Source: Catajapyx aquilonaris (lineage: Eukaryota). Taken from it: a stretch of 64,000 bases of DNA. The DNA lies in contig KZ537993.1 of the NCBI GenBank assembly GCA_000934665.2, forward strand, positions 124,001 to 188,000, in the 5' to 3' direction. The notes under the pieces are model-generated. The model made no database searches. It was given only the letters and a program-made list of their open reading frames with translations, and had not been told where the DNA came from. Shown here in pieces: positions 12,254 through 26,600 of the stretch. The position numbers and the translations under genes were made by a program. How positions within the stretch are numbered: position 1 is the first letter of the stretch; every line of letters begins with the position of its first letter.

Positions 12254-15200
12254 AGGTTACAGACAGAATCTCCCCAAATACTGAAGCATTCTCCAACTGA
12301 CGGCTCCCAAAATAGGTTTTCCACCCTGGGCCATGCAAGATGAGCCCACCCCCTCCCCCCTCCCCCCTGAAAATAAGAAGGGGGAAAGTAATCACGAACT
12401 TTTGACGCTTTCCACCTGTTCGAGTTTTTTGTGCTCCGTATTATTAACCAGCCTATAACGGGAGCACCTCCCCCCCNCCCAATATGTTTAGTACATTTTG
12501 GCACCGTGGTATCGATATGTCAATTTATTTCCGGGGCAGGACATTTTGGAGTTCAAAGGACTGGGAGCTTAAGCAAGGTGTTGAGAAAGGGGTTTGAGGT
12601 TGGTGACCGGTGGCGTCCCGTTTTCCACGGGGTAAGAAGCAAAAGAGTAAAAGAAGAGAGGAGGGGAAGAGACGAAGAAGAATAAGTAAGAAGGGAAGGA
12701 ACTGGATCTTGCAGCCCGTAAAAGGCGGGCAGGGGCAGCGAACTTTCCCCGCTTGGCCGTGGCCACAAAGCGGGTCAATGTCAGGCGGCGCCATACGGCC
12801 ACTCTGGACGTTCACCCACTCCCTGGGCTGGCTGGCTGGATGGGCTCAACACACATAAGCGCACCTCCCATTTCCTTCGCCTTCATGCCAACTTGGCCAC
12901 AAAGAGATGGGGGTTTTACAGGCGCCTGGGATGCTAGACTTGGGTTTATACGTTGCGTCACTTTGCATGGAGCTGGAGGGGGGTGTATAGACTCACATAA
13001 TAGACTCTGCATAATGGAGTAATTGGACGTGACGGTCAAACTATTCGCAACATATTCAACTATTTTTCTGCAATATATCGGATATTAAATGCAACAAATT
13101 AGGGCTATTTTAATGCAATATAACAACAATGCAGCTCTTCTAAAACCAATGTGTCGGGTCGGTAATATCAACGGAAATAATACAGTTTATCCCGTAATTG
13201 TACGTGTAGAGCCACAACAATGGGCTATAAAACCCTACAAGCCTACATCAATGAGAAATCCCATATAATGTATCACAGATATTACCCGTCATTTTCGCCT
13301 TTTTCTTAATGCGGAAAGTGAAAATGTAGAGCTACAGTTATTATGGAGAGTATGCATAGCAGATTTCACTCTTACTTTTCGTTCTTCAAATCAAGAGAAA
13401 ATATCTGATTCTGAAAGCTTCTGTAAATCAGATATTTTTCTTAATTTGTGATCATGCAACAGAGTGTAATTGGCAATGTGTCAGTAGGGTGGTGTTCAAG
13501 TGCTAATTGAAATTTAACATTCTCAATATTTTTTTTTGTAGCCCACCTGCAAGGGACATGCACGAACAAGATAGCCAAGAATGGCATGGCCGATGCTATA
13601 ATGACCATCCCCATAAAAATGAGCCAGATACGGATTTTGACCTCGGGCGATCATTGCCTTTTTCATGTAGTGGGTCATCTTGAGTCAGTTACCCCGAATG
13701 GGCCAGGATCACAACCGGAAGCCCGTACCCTAATCTCGCATCAGTTTATGTAAATAAGTCACACTTTATAAAAAGTGCAGGTGTTTATTGCATCGCTTAA
13801 CTCGTGGCAGGTCAGAGACCCAAACTCATTTTTTTCTCTCCCCCAACCTCCCACCATCTTGTACAGTGGGTGGACAAACTTCCGCACGTTTTGTAGCCTA
13901 CTGCAAATTAGCACCAGCCAACCATGAACCCTCATATAGGCTACATGCATCAAGTACTGTAGCAATTTGGATTCAATCTCAAAGACCTGTTTACACTAGG
14001 CATTTTACACACAATCGCTAGACTAGTTTCCCAAGGAATAGGCGGTTGGAAGTAATGGGGGGGGGGTTATACAAGTCGGTCAAGTTTTTGCTCGCATTCT
14101 GCTTCTCATCCTTGATGGCCTCCAGAGAAGAAGTGTCAGTGACATTGAACCTTCTCCTCCTTCACCACAATGCGGAACGGCGTTGAACTCTACATACGTC
14201 TCTTAGTTCTTTTCGTGAGTCATCAGAGTTTTAGCTTTGGGATTACGAGGGGGGCGGGATACTGACCCCCCCCCCCCCTCAAAAAAAGTGGAAAAAAGAA
14301 ATGGTGGCCGATCGATTGTGGGTGAATGTACCCCTGGCGTGGAGTTTGCAGAGATCTTTCACCTTTTATAGAGGGTGGGATGGCGTGGTGGTGGATATAT
14401 ATATATATATGACGGGTGGGTATATCGATTTGACGCCGTCGCCATTTTGGGCGGGAAAAGTTCACTGCCACCGACGCCTGCGACGCTTGGGGACGTCACG
14501 GGGAATGTCGTGGAATGCCGAAAGCCAGTCGACGCCACTGGCGTAGTTGTACGCCACTACTAGCACGTAGACCCCGTTCAATGTCGGCGAACTATAGCTG
14601 GAATCGTCAATGGAAGGAAAGTTCTGGATAATAGTGGCACGACCATGATATCACTACATTTTGATGGCTAATAAATTTTTTGTTTCGTATTAGAGCAGGT
14701 GCCTATCTTCTTGAAAGATTTATTTACTTTTTTTTAAAATTTAATTAATTAATGCAACCTCCTTGCACGAAGGTGTTGAACCACCTAAATGCTTTCCCAG
14801 TCCATTCCACACAAAATAATCTGGTGCCTCTGTGGACCGGATTACTCTGTCTAGCAGAACAGGCATGAGCATGTCCAACTGAAAGCTCCTCAAAACGAAC
14901 TCTAATGACCACCATAGAAGGCTTGTGAACGGCAGTAAATACCACTGAACTCCAGTTAAAACGCCAGTGGCACCGTGAAAGAGAAAATTACTGGCTCCCC
15001 CCCCCCCCTCCCCCCCAGCAGAGGATGGGCAGCGACCTTCAAGGTCTTCCGCCAGTTGAGGGCACTCAACCCACCAGGTGGAACACCTCGGAGGACTACA
15101 ACCCTGCATGTTCAAATTAGGGCAATAACAGGACTTGATGTCGCAACCGGGGTGGTCACTCTTCTCCTACATGTGGGCTACACGTATGGGCTACTGAATA

Positions 15201-18200
15201 GGTGGTGATGGTCAAGTGTGGGGGGAATTTCCGTGTATTGAGGTGGCGAGTATTGAAGGAGGCAGATGGGGTAGGGGTAAAAGTAAGGAGGGGTTCATCC
15301 CATTTTGGGGTTGGCGTGTCGAGACTGGATATTGTGGCTGCCAAGTTCCCGTTGGACAGACACATCATGGCTGTCCCCCTACTGATGGCTGAAGGTGGGG
15401 GGTTGGGGTGTAAATCTCTCCTTTTGAAAGGGTGAACGAACCCACAGAACAAAAGTGTATCTCGCGAACCCGAATTGTGACGTCTTTTTACCTGCACGAA
15501 CATGTCACACCTTCCGACATAGCCATGATTGTGAATAATGCTGGAATGAAATAAACGTATGGTAATTAGGCGTCGACAGGCCTATCGAATGACAGCAAGA
15601 TATATCAGCCGGCTTCTAGGATTACAACAATTAGGAATCTCATTTGATATCCCACGTGTTACTACCTTTTTGATGACACGTGACAATAGACGTAAGCTAT
15701 CAATGAAAAAAATAAATATCAGGTCACATGCATTTATCAATGACATTTACTACAAGTAGTTGCATCAAAATGCAAGCAGATAATTAAATCAACGACTTCA
15801 GTTGCCAGTAGCTGATTTCCCACGGATTTACATCATGCATGCAAGTAGTATGCGGGGGTTAAGTGCTGATGTAACATCTCCGCGGAGGAAAAAAAAATCT
15901 GTCAAGTTGTTGCTGTTCAGTATTACGACGTGAGGAGAAAATATTATGCATTCACTTTCACTCGGGAAGGTCAAGAAGGCGGGCATTTTAATCACACCCC
16001 CAGTCTCTTATGCGGTTTGAGGTCAAATGGTCATTCACACCTGGTGAGATCACATATTACAACATCGGCGCCTATATTATAGCCACTTTGTATAATTATG
16101 TTATAATAAATTAACTCAGCCCAATTTTCATTTTTTTTAAACGAGTCTGTACGGTCAGGCCAATCACTCCCATCCGAAATTGCAATAGGACACGCGACGT
16201 ATCTGAAATTAGAGTGTCAGTGACCCTCCTAGTGAATCCATATATCCATTTTCACGCGCCCATTCATTCCGTCCATGACCTTTCCCCCTCCTTCCCCTCC
16301 TGGTACCGCAAGTATGTGAGCGTATGTGCGAGGAATAAGACACACTGCTAGGACCTCTTTTCCTACTTTTTCGGGTTCCTAACCCAACCGGACCGGGGAG
16401 AGTGATTGTTGGCCTGGGTGATAATGTAGGTGGAGCTCCAGCAACAGCAGCAGCAGGGAATAGGTGGTGGTCGGTAACGGTACTTGTAAAAGGGGTGGGT
16501 GGTAGGTGGGATCTCCATCAGCCCGTGGCCGGCCAACTGTTCACACACGCACGCATGCCTCGTATTCCATGCCTCCGGAAGCACAGGAAACTCTCCCCTG
16601 AGAGGAATGACTCCGTGACGTCACAACTGCCCTCCTACATTTATATTATCACCTCTTCCTATTTCGTCACCAGGGAGGGCGAAAGGGGTTATCGACACGG
16701 ATCTCATTTCGGATGGAGGGAACCTTATTCTAGGGGGGGAGGTCAGGGGGATGCGGTGACCCCGATTGGGGAGGACCCAAAAATTGACCTTTGCTAATCG
16801 CCCATTTTCTGCCCGGGGTTCGCCTGAAAAGAGTCCTTGGCCTTCCGCAATCCTCCAGATCTCCCACTTTTCTCGCACGAAATATGCTTACCCGAACCCC
16901 CGGTTTACTTTTCCCACCGGTTTTGACGACTGGTTTCATCGAGATGCCAATATATTCGAGTTCCCCCCCCCCTCTCCTCACTCTGTTCTTTCGGGGCCAA
17001 ACAAGGGCACCCACTGCTTTGCCCATAGTTTTCGCACGCACCAGGAATCTAGAAGATGACCAGTTTTGGGTGCCGACCTCGCCACGGGAAACATTTCTGG
17101 GAGGCCATTGGAGTGTCTGACTGCCAAAGAACCGGGAAGAGTGTGGCATAAGAAGGCTCCCTCAGGAGGTCATTGTCCCCTGGTGGAACAACCACGACGG
17201 CCGCAGGGTGTTTACCTACCAGCTCACTTTCGGTGTGCGCTTCTTGGTTCAAGGGAATTCAGTCACTCTCACGGGGGCCAAGGCTCAAATTCTCGGTAGG
17301 CGGTCATATACCCGCCCAATTTACGTCAATGTCAGGGTATTGACGTCGATGACCCTACCCCCGAATAGGGTGACCTCATGTAAGGGGGTCAATCGGTTGC
17401 GCAAGCCCTTGGCGGGCCAACCCGTTTCCTTCCGCGCCTACCTGTTGGCTGGACCGAAGCTTCGCAATGCTTTTGAGGACGTCGACCCAACGGTACATAG
17501 CTGCAGTGGCGCGGCCTTATACATGGAAAGTTGCGTCACGCGTCGGGCGAACGACCCTCCACAACAGCCATTACAGATACCCCCTCATCGCGAGCTCATG
17601 CTGATCTACTGGAGGGCCGGAACGGGATGACCTTTCAGACTGAGCTAAATATGGGTGAGCCTCGCATTGTTTTGCAACACAGGACGGGACCTAAATACCT
17701 ACCCGATGCGAGTTTCGCAATGGGGAAAAAAACGTTCGACCGAAAAATATGCAGCGTCTGGAAGTGTGTGGCTTATGGGTCATGGGAGTGCACCGAGGTC
17801 CTTCCCCTCCACCTCAAATCTTTGATCTCAAACTCGATCGATACCTGTGGGCGTGCATGTATAGCCAAGGCTCTAAGGGGTTATTCACCCACCTTTTAAC
17901 CCCCCCATTCCCTACCCCCCTCTCCTCACCCAACTTCCAAAAACTCCTCCCCTATTTTCATGGGGGTCTAACTGTCCACGGTCATCTACCCCCGCACAAG
18001 AGGCAATGGTTTCCAGGCGAAGCAGCGCACACTTTTCTTGCCCAAAGACCAAGGACCCAAAAATGGTGGGAGGGAAAGGTTCTCGACCCATCTGGTCACA
18101 CTGTCTGTGCATGGCGGGGGTTGGCTCACATGGCCTCCCAAAACGGTACCTCAGCCCATTTTCTACTCGACGCAAGTAGCGCAACCAGATTTAATTGAGA

Positions 18201-21200
18201 AACCAGCTGCACTACAAGTATGCAGTCACGTATACAACTATTCAATAGGAGGAAACCATTGTTGATGGGAAATGTGTTTACAGCACACACGAATTAAATT
18301 ATTTTCTAACAATCATTTCCATACGCACTAATACTGCCATTTATGATAATAAACACCTTTATGTGCCACTCCAGATGTGGGCATGCCATAGCTGCAATTT
18401 GCCCGCATACATGAATAAGGAAGTGTGGAAACATGTGATTCACGCTCCATCCTATTCAATCGGCTTATCCATAACAAGCGAAGGTCAGTGACACATGGCA
18501 GGCAAAAAGGCAAAAAAAAGGGAGATTCTGCAGTTAACGGTATGAAGAATGGGAGGCGGCCGCGGATGTTGGCAAAAACAGCCATCATCGCCGCGAGACA
18601 TTGTCCACGGTGACCTCAGAACCGTTAAAGCTCACGCTCGGCTTGTAGTATTTCGGGGAAAACTGACGTTCCAAATCACGACCACATGCGTCATGGCGGG
18701 TACTGAGGTCATTAGCACGGGAAAATTCCAAATTTTTCATACTCTTAAAAAATTTTGTTTAAAAAAGAAAAATGCTACGGTTGACCTAGGTTGACTTACA
18801 CCTAGTTTGGAAATATGTCAGAAAAGTTGGGAAGCCTTCACTTTCGCCACATTTATTACGCCTCGACAACCGTCACGGTCACTGTTATTTGGCAAAACTG
18901 TTCTCTCAACGATGCTGTTGGCCCCAATCCTTAAAGATTCTTGCACTGTTTCACCGGCACAGTATACACACAACACCTGCATTGTTTACAGGAACGTGTT
19001 TGTATTGCCTGCCAATATGTGCAAGTGCACTGCATCATTTCATTTTTAACTTTTTTACTCATTTCATTATTTTATTACTGACTCTTGTCAGACTGGCCGT
19101 TCTTCCTCAGCCGTTTATAACTAATATTTATAAATATAAAGATAATAAACATGAAGTTACTTTTGACACTTTTAGTTGGGAGCATAATTATAGTCCACAA
19201 TGCTACCGAAGTGACAAGCAATTTCCGGCTGCCCAAAAATGATGGCCCATGTCGCCCTCAATTTCCCAAAAACCCGCGCCTGAAAATAGGTCCTCACAGC
19301 GGCAGCACGGAGTCGGTTGGGTTTTCTGGACTCTTCCAATCCCGCTATTTGTCCTGGATCCATTAGCTGAAAAATCTAGAAGTCGCGGTCACCCCGAGGA
19401 AAAGTCGTTACACATTTCTCGCCGCTTTTGTGCCGTCCATTACACAACCCATCCTGAAATGACCTGGAGAGCCAGGTCGTGCGAAATTCTCCGAATCGCG
19501 AATGAATGTTTCATGTGGGTAGTTGACCAGGCAATAGTAGGTGTAAGTGACCCCCCCGGGCTGTCTCCTTCCGACTCTTTTTTTTTCGGGGTCAATGGCT
19601 GGGTGTAGACCCCGCATAAAACGTCTAGCCAGAATCGACTAACAGCTATAGGCGTCCGCGCGGTAGCCTGACGATGACCCCGAACGACCCCCCGTCCAGG
19701 TGTATATGACAAAAGACCCGGACCTTTGCAGGTTGGTGGTCTCCGGACCTATCTCTCTCTCTATAGACATGTCACCTAAATATCCCGCCTCCTTCAAAAC
19801 TAATCGCTTTGCCTCCCACGGGAGTGACCTCTAGCGGGTCTCCCATTCGAATCGGTCACTTTTGGTAGCAGCCATGGGGGTCACAAATACTCCAAGCAGA
19901 TGGGCCAAATCCCCTGTACTGTTAGCCCCAAAGCGTGCTCCCTTATAGTATTCCACTCAAATTGAGGGTGATGCACCCTTAAGTACCTGCACCGTAACCG
20001 GAATATTTGTCTCTCCAAGATTTCACTTCCTGAATTGTTATCAACTCTTCCTGTTCGGTCGTCTTGTCCATAATTTGTTTCGCGTGCCTCCTTTTTTTGT
20101 CTGGCTCTGAAAACATGACCGAGTTCAATGCTCCAAGTTAGTCGGTCGCTGCCTCCATTTGTAGGAAATTCTACCGGGGAGGGGAAGGCGGGGGAGGAGC
20201 TGTAAATATCACCCTTGCTAATACTAGAGCCAATAACCTGTCCAATATGGATTTCGCAAATCGCAAAAATTCCACATGACAAATTAATAGTGCCATTGTG
20301 TTTCGTGCCATATTTACCACCGAGCAACAATACAGAGGGCAAAGACCTAGATCCTTACATCCTATTCGGAAGATTGTGGATACCTAACATGAATAATAAT
20401 CCTGGATATGCGCCATTTTAGTTCGCTTATTTTTTCCTCCCATCCCCTCCTCCCCCCATTCCCTACAGGGGATGTCGTTCCTCCCGAGCTCTTATCCGTC
20501 CCAAACACAAAAGTACTGTTAGGAGTGAGTGGCCTCTCGTCGGTTCAACGCCCAGCACACTACATGCCAGGCAGGCAGGCAGCGGCCTTGGGAGGTCTGC
20601 ACTCTTGGGGTTGCCCACATACCGACCACATATGCTCGCCTTTAAAAATGGCGACCGAGTAAGCTTTAAACGCCTTTAAATTAAAACCGCGCCCGATTAA
20701 ATAACTGGACGATGACTCATAACTAACCAGATTGGTGTTACTACATCTTTGCGTGAACTTTCCTTTTGCTGGCAAAATCCTGACCTGAATGTGGGTCGTC
20801 GACCCCATGTACGAGTCTGTTGGAACAAACTACCCCACCACCTCCATCTTACCGAGCCCCCTTTTCCACAGTTTCGTTTTCAAGGTTGAGTTTACTTTCA
20901 TATGCGGGCTGCTGGCTTGCTGGGCCATAGTCCCGGGGGCTCCACTTACGTACTACTCTACTACTAACTTCTTCGGGCACGCCCTACTTACAGGGCAAAG
21001 ACCCCGCAAGACTTGAGAGATCGTATAATGTTGCCTTTCACGTCCATTTTGTAACTCCGGAGCTTGGAATTTGACGCCCTCTAGCCCCCTTCGGAGATAG
21101 TTGGGGGGTGTCGATTGTGCAACTATGGAGGGAGATTTTGATATTGCTCTGCTCTTGACTCGCGTAATGTCCGTGGCTAGATTTGGGTGTTGGGAAAGGA

Positions 21201-21759
21201 GGAAGGGATGATGATGATGATGATGATGATGAATGCTGGTCGATTTGTAGGCCAAAAGTGGTGGGGAAGGTTGGAAAACGGTATTTTGGATGAAATGAGG
21301 TGGTTATGTAGGGTAAGTCAATAGGATTGGGAGAGATGATGGAAGATTGATTTGGAGGGAGCAATTTAATATGCTCCCATCATTTCAGTTCGTACAACCG
21401 GCTCTTAGACAATGTTGTATCAGTTATCAGAGCAAATAAAGGGAAAAGGTTTCAGATTAATATTATGGATGTTATGGGTAATATGAGATTTTCTCTTTCT
21501 TGCTGCTACACACAGACCTTTGTTCTTGCAAATATTTGCCTATTGGATTACACAATTGTTGCATTTCAGTTGCATTGGGAGTTTTATATCCCATTGTTAA
21601 CATCATAAAGCCAGTCTGATGGAATTTTGTGTGTCTGTATAACGAGTGAGCACAATAACCTTTTCAATATTGAATCATTGTGGATAATAATAGGACAGAA
21701 TGTAGTCCTATATTGTTATTTCAAGCGACAACTCTATAGTTGCACACAGATTATACCGG

Positions 21760-21821
<62 letters not shown>
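21760..21821. repeat. (AAT)n microsatellite
   Basis: About 20 perfect AAT units. Confidence 0.95.
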
Positions 21822-21829
<8 letters not shown>

Positions 21830-23584
21830 ATAGTTCGTCAAGCACAGATCAACTATTTCTCGCAGAAAATTCTAAATTTCAGTCATTATTGGCTCATGAA
21901 ATGACATGAATTTGATAAACACGTGGTATACGAAATATTGATGCGATAAGAAGGCCATGCATTTTTCTAATTAGCCTTGCATCAATTTCTTATGAAATTT
22001 GCTCAAAAATGTCATCATCCCCACAACCATTATGACATCTTGATAAAACGGACAGCGATAGTTCAAAATTACATAAAGATTGTGACTGAAAAATCGTTCA
22101 CTGATTCACACTACAAACTCCGAGGCATACGGCCAACAAATTGCAATCCAAAATTATTTACCACACAATACCGCACCATTGCTTGCAATCACCTCTGATC
22201 TGCATGCAACCGTACTAATTAACCGGTTTCATTCATTACACAACCGGCATAGACACCGCATTGCGCAATCGCGAATTGAAAAGCGTTTAATTCATACCGC
22301 CATGTTTGTGCAAAGAACAAAAAAGAAATAAATAAAAAAGGAGCGAGGGGTGTAACCAGTGTGAATAGTAGAAAGGGCCACGACCCACTTAAAGGTCGTC
22401 TACCTCCGTGGAAGCCTCCTTTTTTCTGTCTTACAACCCTCCCCCCTCCTTCCCCCCTACCCCGCCAAAACCAAGGCCAGCTTTACTTTCATCCATAACA
22501 AACGGTGCTGCACCCCCGCGGTGAACTCGCGCACTTCAGCGAATGACCCACATAGTGGGCATTCACCTGGCAGACCTCCTTTTTTTTTCTCTATCCATTT
22601 CGCACGTAACCGCTGGCGTCACGAGTGAAGGGAGGGAGGGTTATGACAGAACACTAGAGTTGTATCACGTACCCTTTTATGCGACAGGTGTAAGTGATTC
22701 AGGGAATTGTGACGTCAGGACGGTTCTTGCTGCCTCATAACGGAATTAGTTATGTTATTTTCTGGGAACATATTAATTCGTGTGGGCCACGAAAAGGTCA
22801 CGAACCTTTTGAACTGTGGTATGGTATTGTTGTGGGTGCTGGGTTGCTTTTATGTCATTAGGGCTGGTTTTATGAACGCTAATTATTTCATAACGCCAGA
22901 TTGCGTATGGTGAACATAAGTGGATATTTTCCTAATGAGACTTGTTAATTTTGCTGGACTAAAATGTGCAAATTCCACGAGTTAAATTTAACGCATAGCT
23001 CAATATCTGAGCATGGGATTTTTTTAAAAAACATGCAGTATAGCTATTCGCACACATTTAAAAAAGGTGTTTACGTACATTCATATTAAGAGTGTGCAAT
23101 ATTTCTTACAAACTGCCACAATTACATATTTTGATTTGCTCTTACTTCTTTTAAAAATTTCACATATTTCAACAGCAGTAGGTCATTACAATGCCAATGA
23201 CCCACTGTAAAAGGCGTTGAACCGCAATTTTCCTACCAACATCACCCCAATTAAAAACTTCACCTGCTCTACCATTACATCCACCGCAATTGCGTAACTC
23301 TCCCCACATTGACTCCCTCCCCTCCTGCATATGTGGTGCCTTTGATCACGTAACTCACATCCGCGCGCACACTTACGGGAATGTGGTCCGACGTTCGAGA
23401 GGTGGGAAAAACAAGGCTGCGAGCGCGCGCTCATGCCCTCCCGCCATCTACCGGCGCTTCTCCCAAACATTCGCGCATCAAGTTCGATCAACCGCCCACA
23501 GATGGCGCATCCGCTGAGCCGGCCGCGGCGCGACATTTACGTCATCTGAGACCGAACCACTTACGTACTAGTAGTAACACTCAC

Positions 23585-23635
23585 CGATGACCCTCTTCCC
23601 ACAATCCCATGGCAGACTCCACAAATGGGGCTTAC
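23585..23635 (-). CDS. E75: 51-nt in-frame E75 cassette microexon / recursive-splice exon
   Basis: TACTAAT branch-like motif, T-rich tract, then tag|GTAAGC...ATCG|gtgagt. Phase 1-1 with no stop: (G)KPHLWSLPWDCGKRVI(E). Confidence 0.8.
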
Positions 23636-26600
23636 CTATAAGAAAAAAATAACAATAATTAGTACATCTCGTTATTTTTACGAAAATGGTAGGGTACCAT
23701 TCAGTACACTTCACACACCGAAGTTCAAGGAACGTCTTATCTGACTTAACTGCACGCGACGTTAAGCTATTTTTTTCTGTTGTTCTGTTTCCACGAGGTG
23801 ATGATGACCTTTAGAGCTGCACAGTACATGTGAACTTCCTCGTAAGTCGTTCCCAGTACCAGCACATTGTTACACTATTCCGTTCTTTTAAGCTCGCTTT
23901 CGTTGATTGTGTCCGGAGTGAGGGGCCGGATTATGGAGCGAAAATTCGAAAATTCCCTCGGCAATTTTTTTTTGCCACGAGTTTGCGCAGTGTGTAAGTC
24001 GGGCGGTCGACGACCCTACGACATAAGTAGAACGTGGAGTCCTTGAGTACTCCGGCCTGCAAAATGCGAAGGGGGACGAATTCTGAGGGGGAAAGTGAGT
24101 TCTACTAAATGATCTATCAATTGTAACGTAACCGCAAGGACCAGGTTCACATATGGACCCAAACAATTCGGGTGGACTATTATAACGGTTAATATTTTTT
24201 AACATAATAGGCTTTATATTAAGCCATCCATAAGATATATGTAACAAAACATTGCCCAATGATGGCTGAAGGCTCATAAAAATATGCAAAATATGTTGTT
24301 GGATTTGCCTATATGTAAACACACTTAAATACAATTTTTGCACCCGCCCAATATAGCCCATATTGCACGTAGCCCAGTACACACGCGGTCACAGACCCAA
24401 AAACTGGGCTCAAAAAACTCGAATGAAATTTTTTCGAGTCCACAATGGCCTGAGGTGAATATCCCGTTGCACAAGCCCCTTACCTCCCCACACTCGATTT
24501 TCACTCTCCTTCAAGGCTACACGCTTTTCCTTCACAAGTCTTGACCCCCTTGGCGGTCGTTTCCCTCCCGAGCTAAAGACACTGAAAGCGAAGCCGTTTT
24601 TTTTTTTTAACTTTACTTTTACTAACCACCCCTCCTTCATGGTCATAACACATTCGCTTTTTTTTAAAGGTCAGATCTCACTTTTCAAGATCCTCTCTAT
24701 AGGAATGGGTCCACTCTCACTCGCATTTTTGGATGGTTTAGAAAGCCGGTTTACCTGGCAGGAGTCCTACAGGCGCTTCTTCCTGACCCATGAGTATGGT
24801 CTCCGATATGTCACTTTGGTATCACAGCACTTGGCTCCGACTATCAGGCACGAGTCACCCAGAAGCTCCCATCCGATCAGGGAAGTGTTTCGGAAATGTC
24901 CGTTTTTGCACCCCCATGTCTTCTTGTCTTAACCCCCCCCTCCCACCCTTCCCTGCATGTGGGGTGGGGGTGTGACCGCGTGCTTGTTATCTGCGAGTTG
25001 CAACGGAGACTGGACCCCGATTTAACCGAGGGGTGAATGACCCTCCGGTTTGGAACTAGAACCTGCCACCCTCCCCATCCAACCCCCTGTCGACGTCACA
25101 AGCCAAGCGCGCCATCGATCCTCATCTCGCGCCCTAGGGTGGGGGTGGGGTGAAATAGTCTATGGGGGGGATTTGGACTAGCACATTCGCACACTTCCCC
25201 ATCCCTCCAAAAAGGGGTGAATGAACCCATCTACACTCGAATCGCCAATTTTGTCCAATATTGGCAAAAAAATTTGCATAATTGCACAGGTGCGAGTAAT
25301 ATCACATACTGGATCGGGTGTAAATTTATTAAAACCTACACATTTTTAATGTCCCTATTATAACCAGCTATTCCAAATTCGCGTTGATTAATCCACACAT
25401 CGGTACCTCTAAATATGTGACCTAATTGGCAGGCCCGGATAGCCCAAATAGTGCGGTGCAATAACCTCGCCCGACCCGTCTGCGCAAGTGCATGGGGGCC
25501 GCCCCCTACCTATGCGGGGGCGGCGATTATTCGGGGGAGGACCACCCCAATCTCACCTCATGTTTGAAAATACTAACTAACCACATCTTCCGGGGCTCGT
25601 TATCGAAAAAATAACCCCCTCACGTCCGTCTAACCTTATCCCTCGCGGTCTGTATATTGCGAAAGAGTAAACAAGTCAGCATAGTTCGTCCCTGACATCT
25701 CTGGAGCATTTATCGGCCACTAGCATACTTGGAGAGTGTTGAACCCAAGAGCTTTGCTTCTCTTTTTTTTTCTTTCTTTGTTAATGTTATCAGGCTGGCT
25801 CATCGGCCTAGAAATCGGAGAGACTTATCTCCATATTTTGCCGGGTTAAGTAACGCTATTGACCTGGATGGCAAACAAATTAAAACGGCTGTCCTTATGT
25901 GAAAGGGTGGGTGGGAGTTGGGTGGAGGGGAAGAACTAGTCATTTTAATCTTTAGGATTAGCGCAAGTTCGTTCCAAGTTATAGACTTGTGGCCTGAATC
26001 ATCGGTTTGTTTTGCAAGCGATTAGAGCACGGTGATAGGAAGGGTTCGACAGTCTCTAAGAGGGTTTGGAGAACAGGGCAAAGATTTCTGGAAAATTAAA
26101 AGGTGTGTGAACAGTGCCGTTAAATTTGGCGATATGATTGTGCGCAGTAAAGCCGAATAAGTGGGTGGAATGAGTTACGCAAAAATAAACCGGCTCAAAT
26201 GAAGTCATCAAAGTCATGTAGGCCTACATTTTGAGAAAGCGAGTCGTAAACAGAATTTCCCCTCAAGGCGCGTCATGCCCATCAGGATTTCATTACAATA
26301 GTTGACCTTTGTTACTCTATTAGTAAAATATTGCAGACAGGTATTGTCTGGAAGATTATCACTACATTAGCCGATTAGCGTATTGAATGACATGTTATTA
26401 TCCTTCTAACCATGTTTCAAGTGCTAGCTAGCAACGTTTGTATAGCTTACACTTTCATGAGACCACAGCATAAAAATACAATGTGAAAGGTCAGCCTTTT
26501 CTATTTTCTACATTTCTTGTTTACCATTACAGAACTCACTTATTCAGTAGTACCTAGAAGTGTTAAAGGGCTGTTATCTATTTCTGACCGATATCAAATC

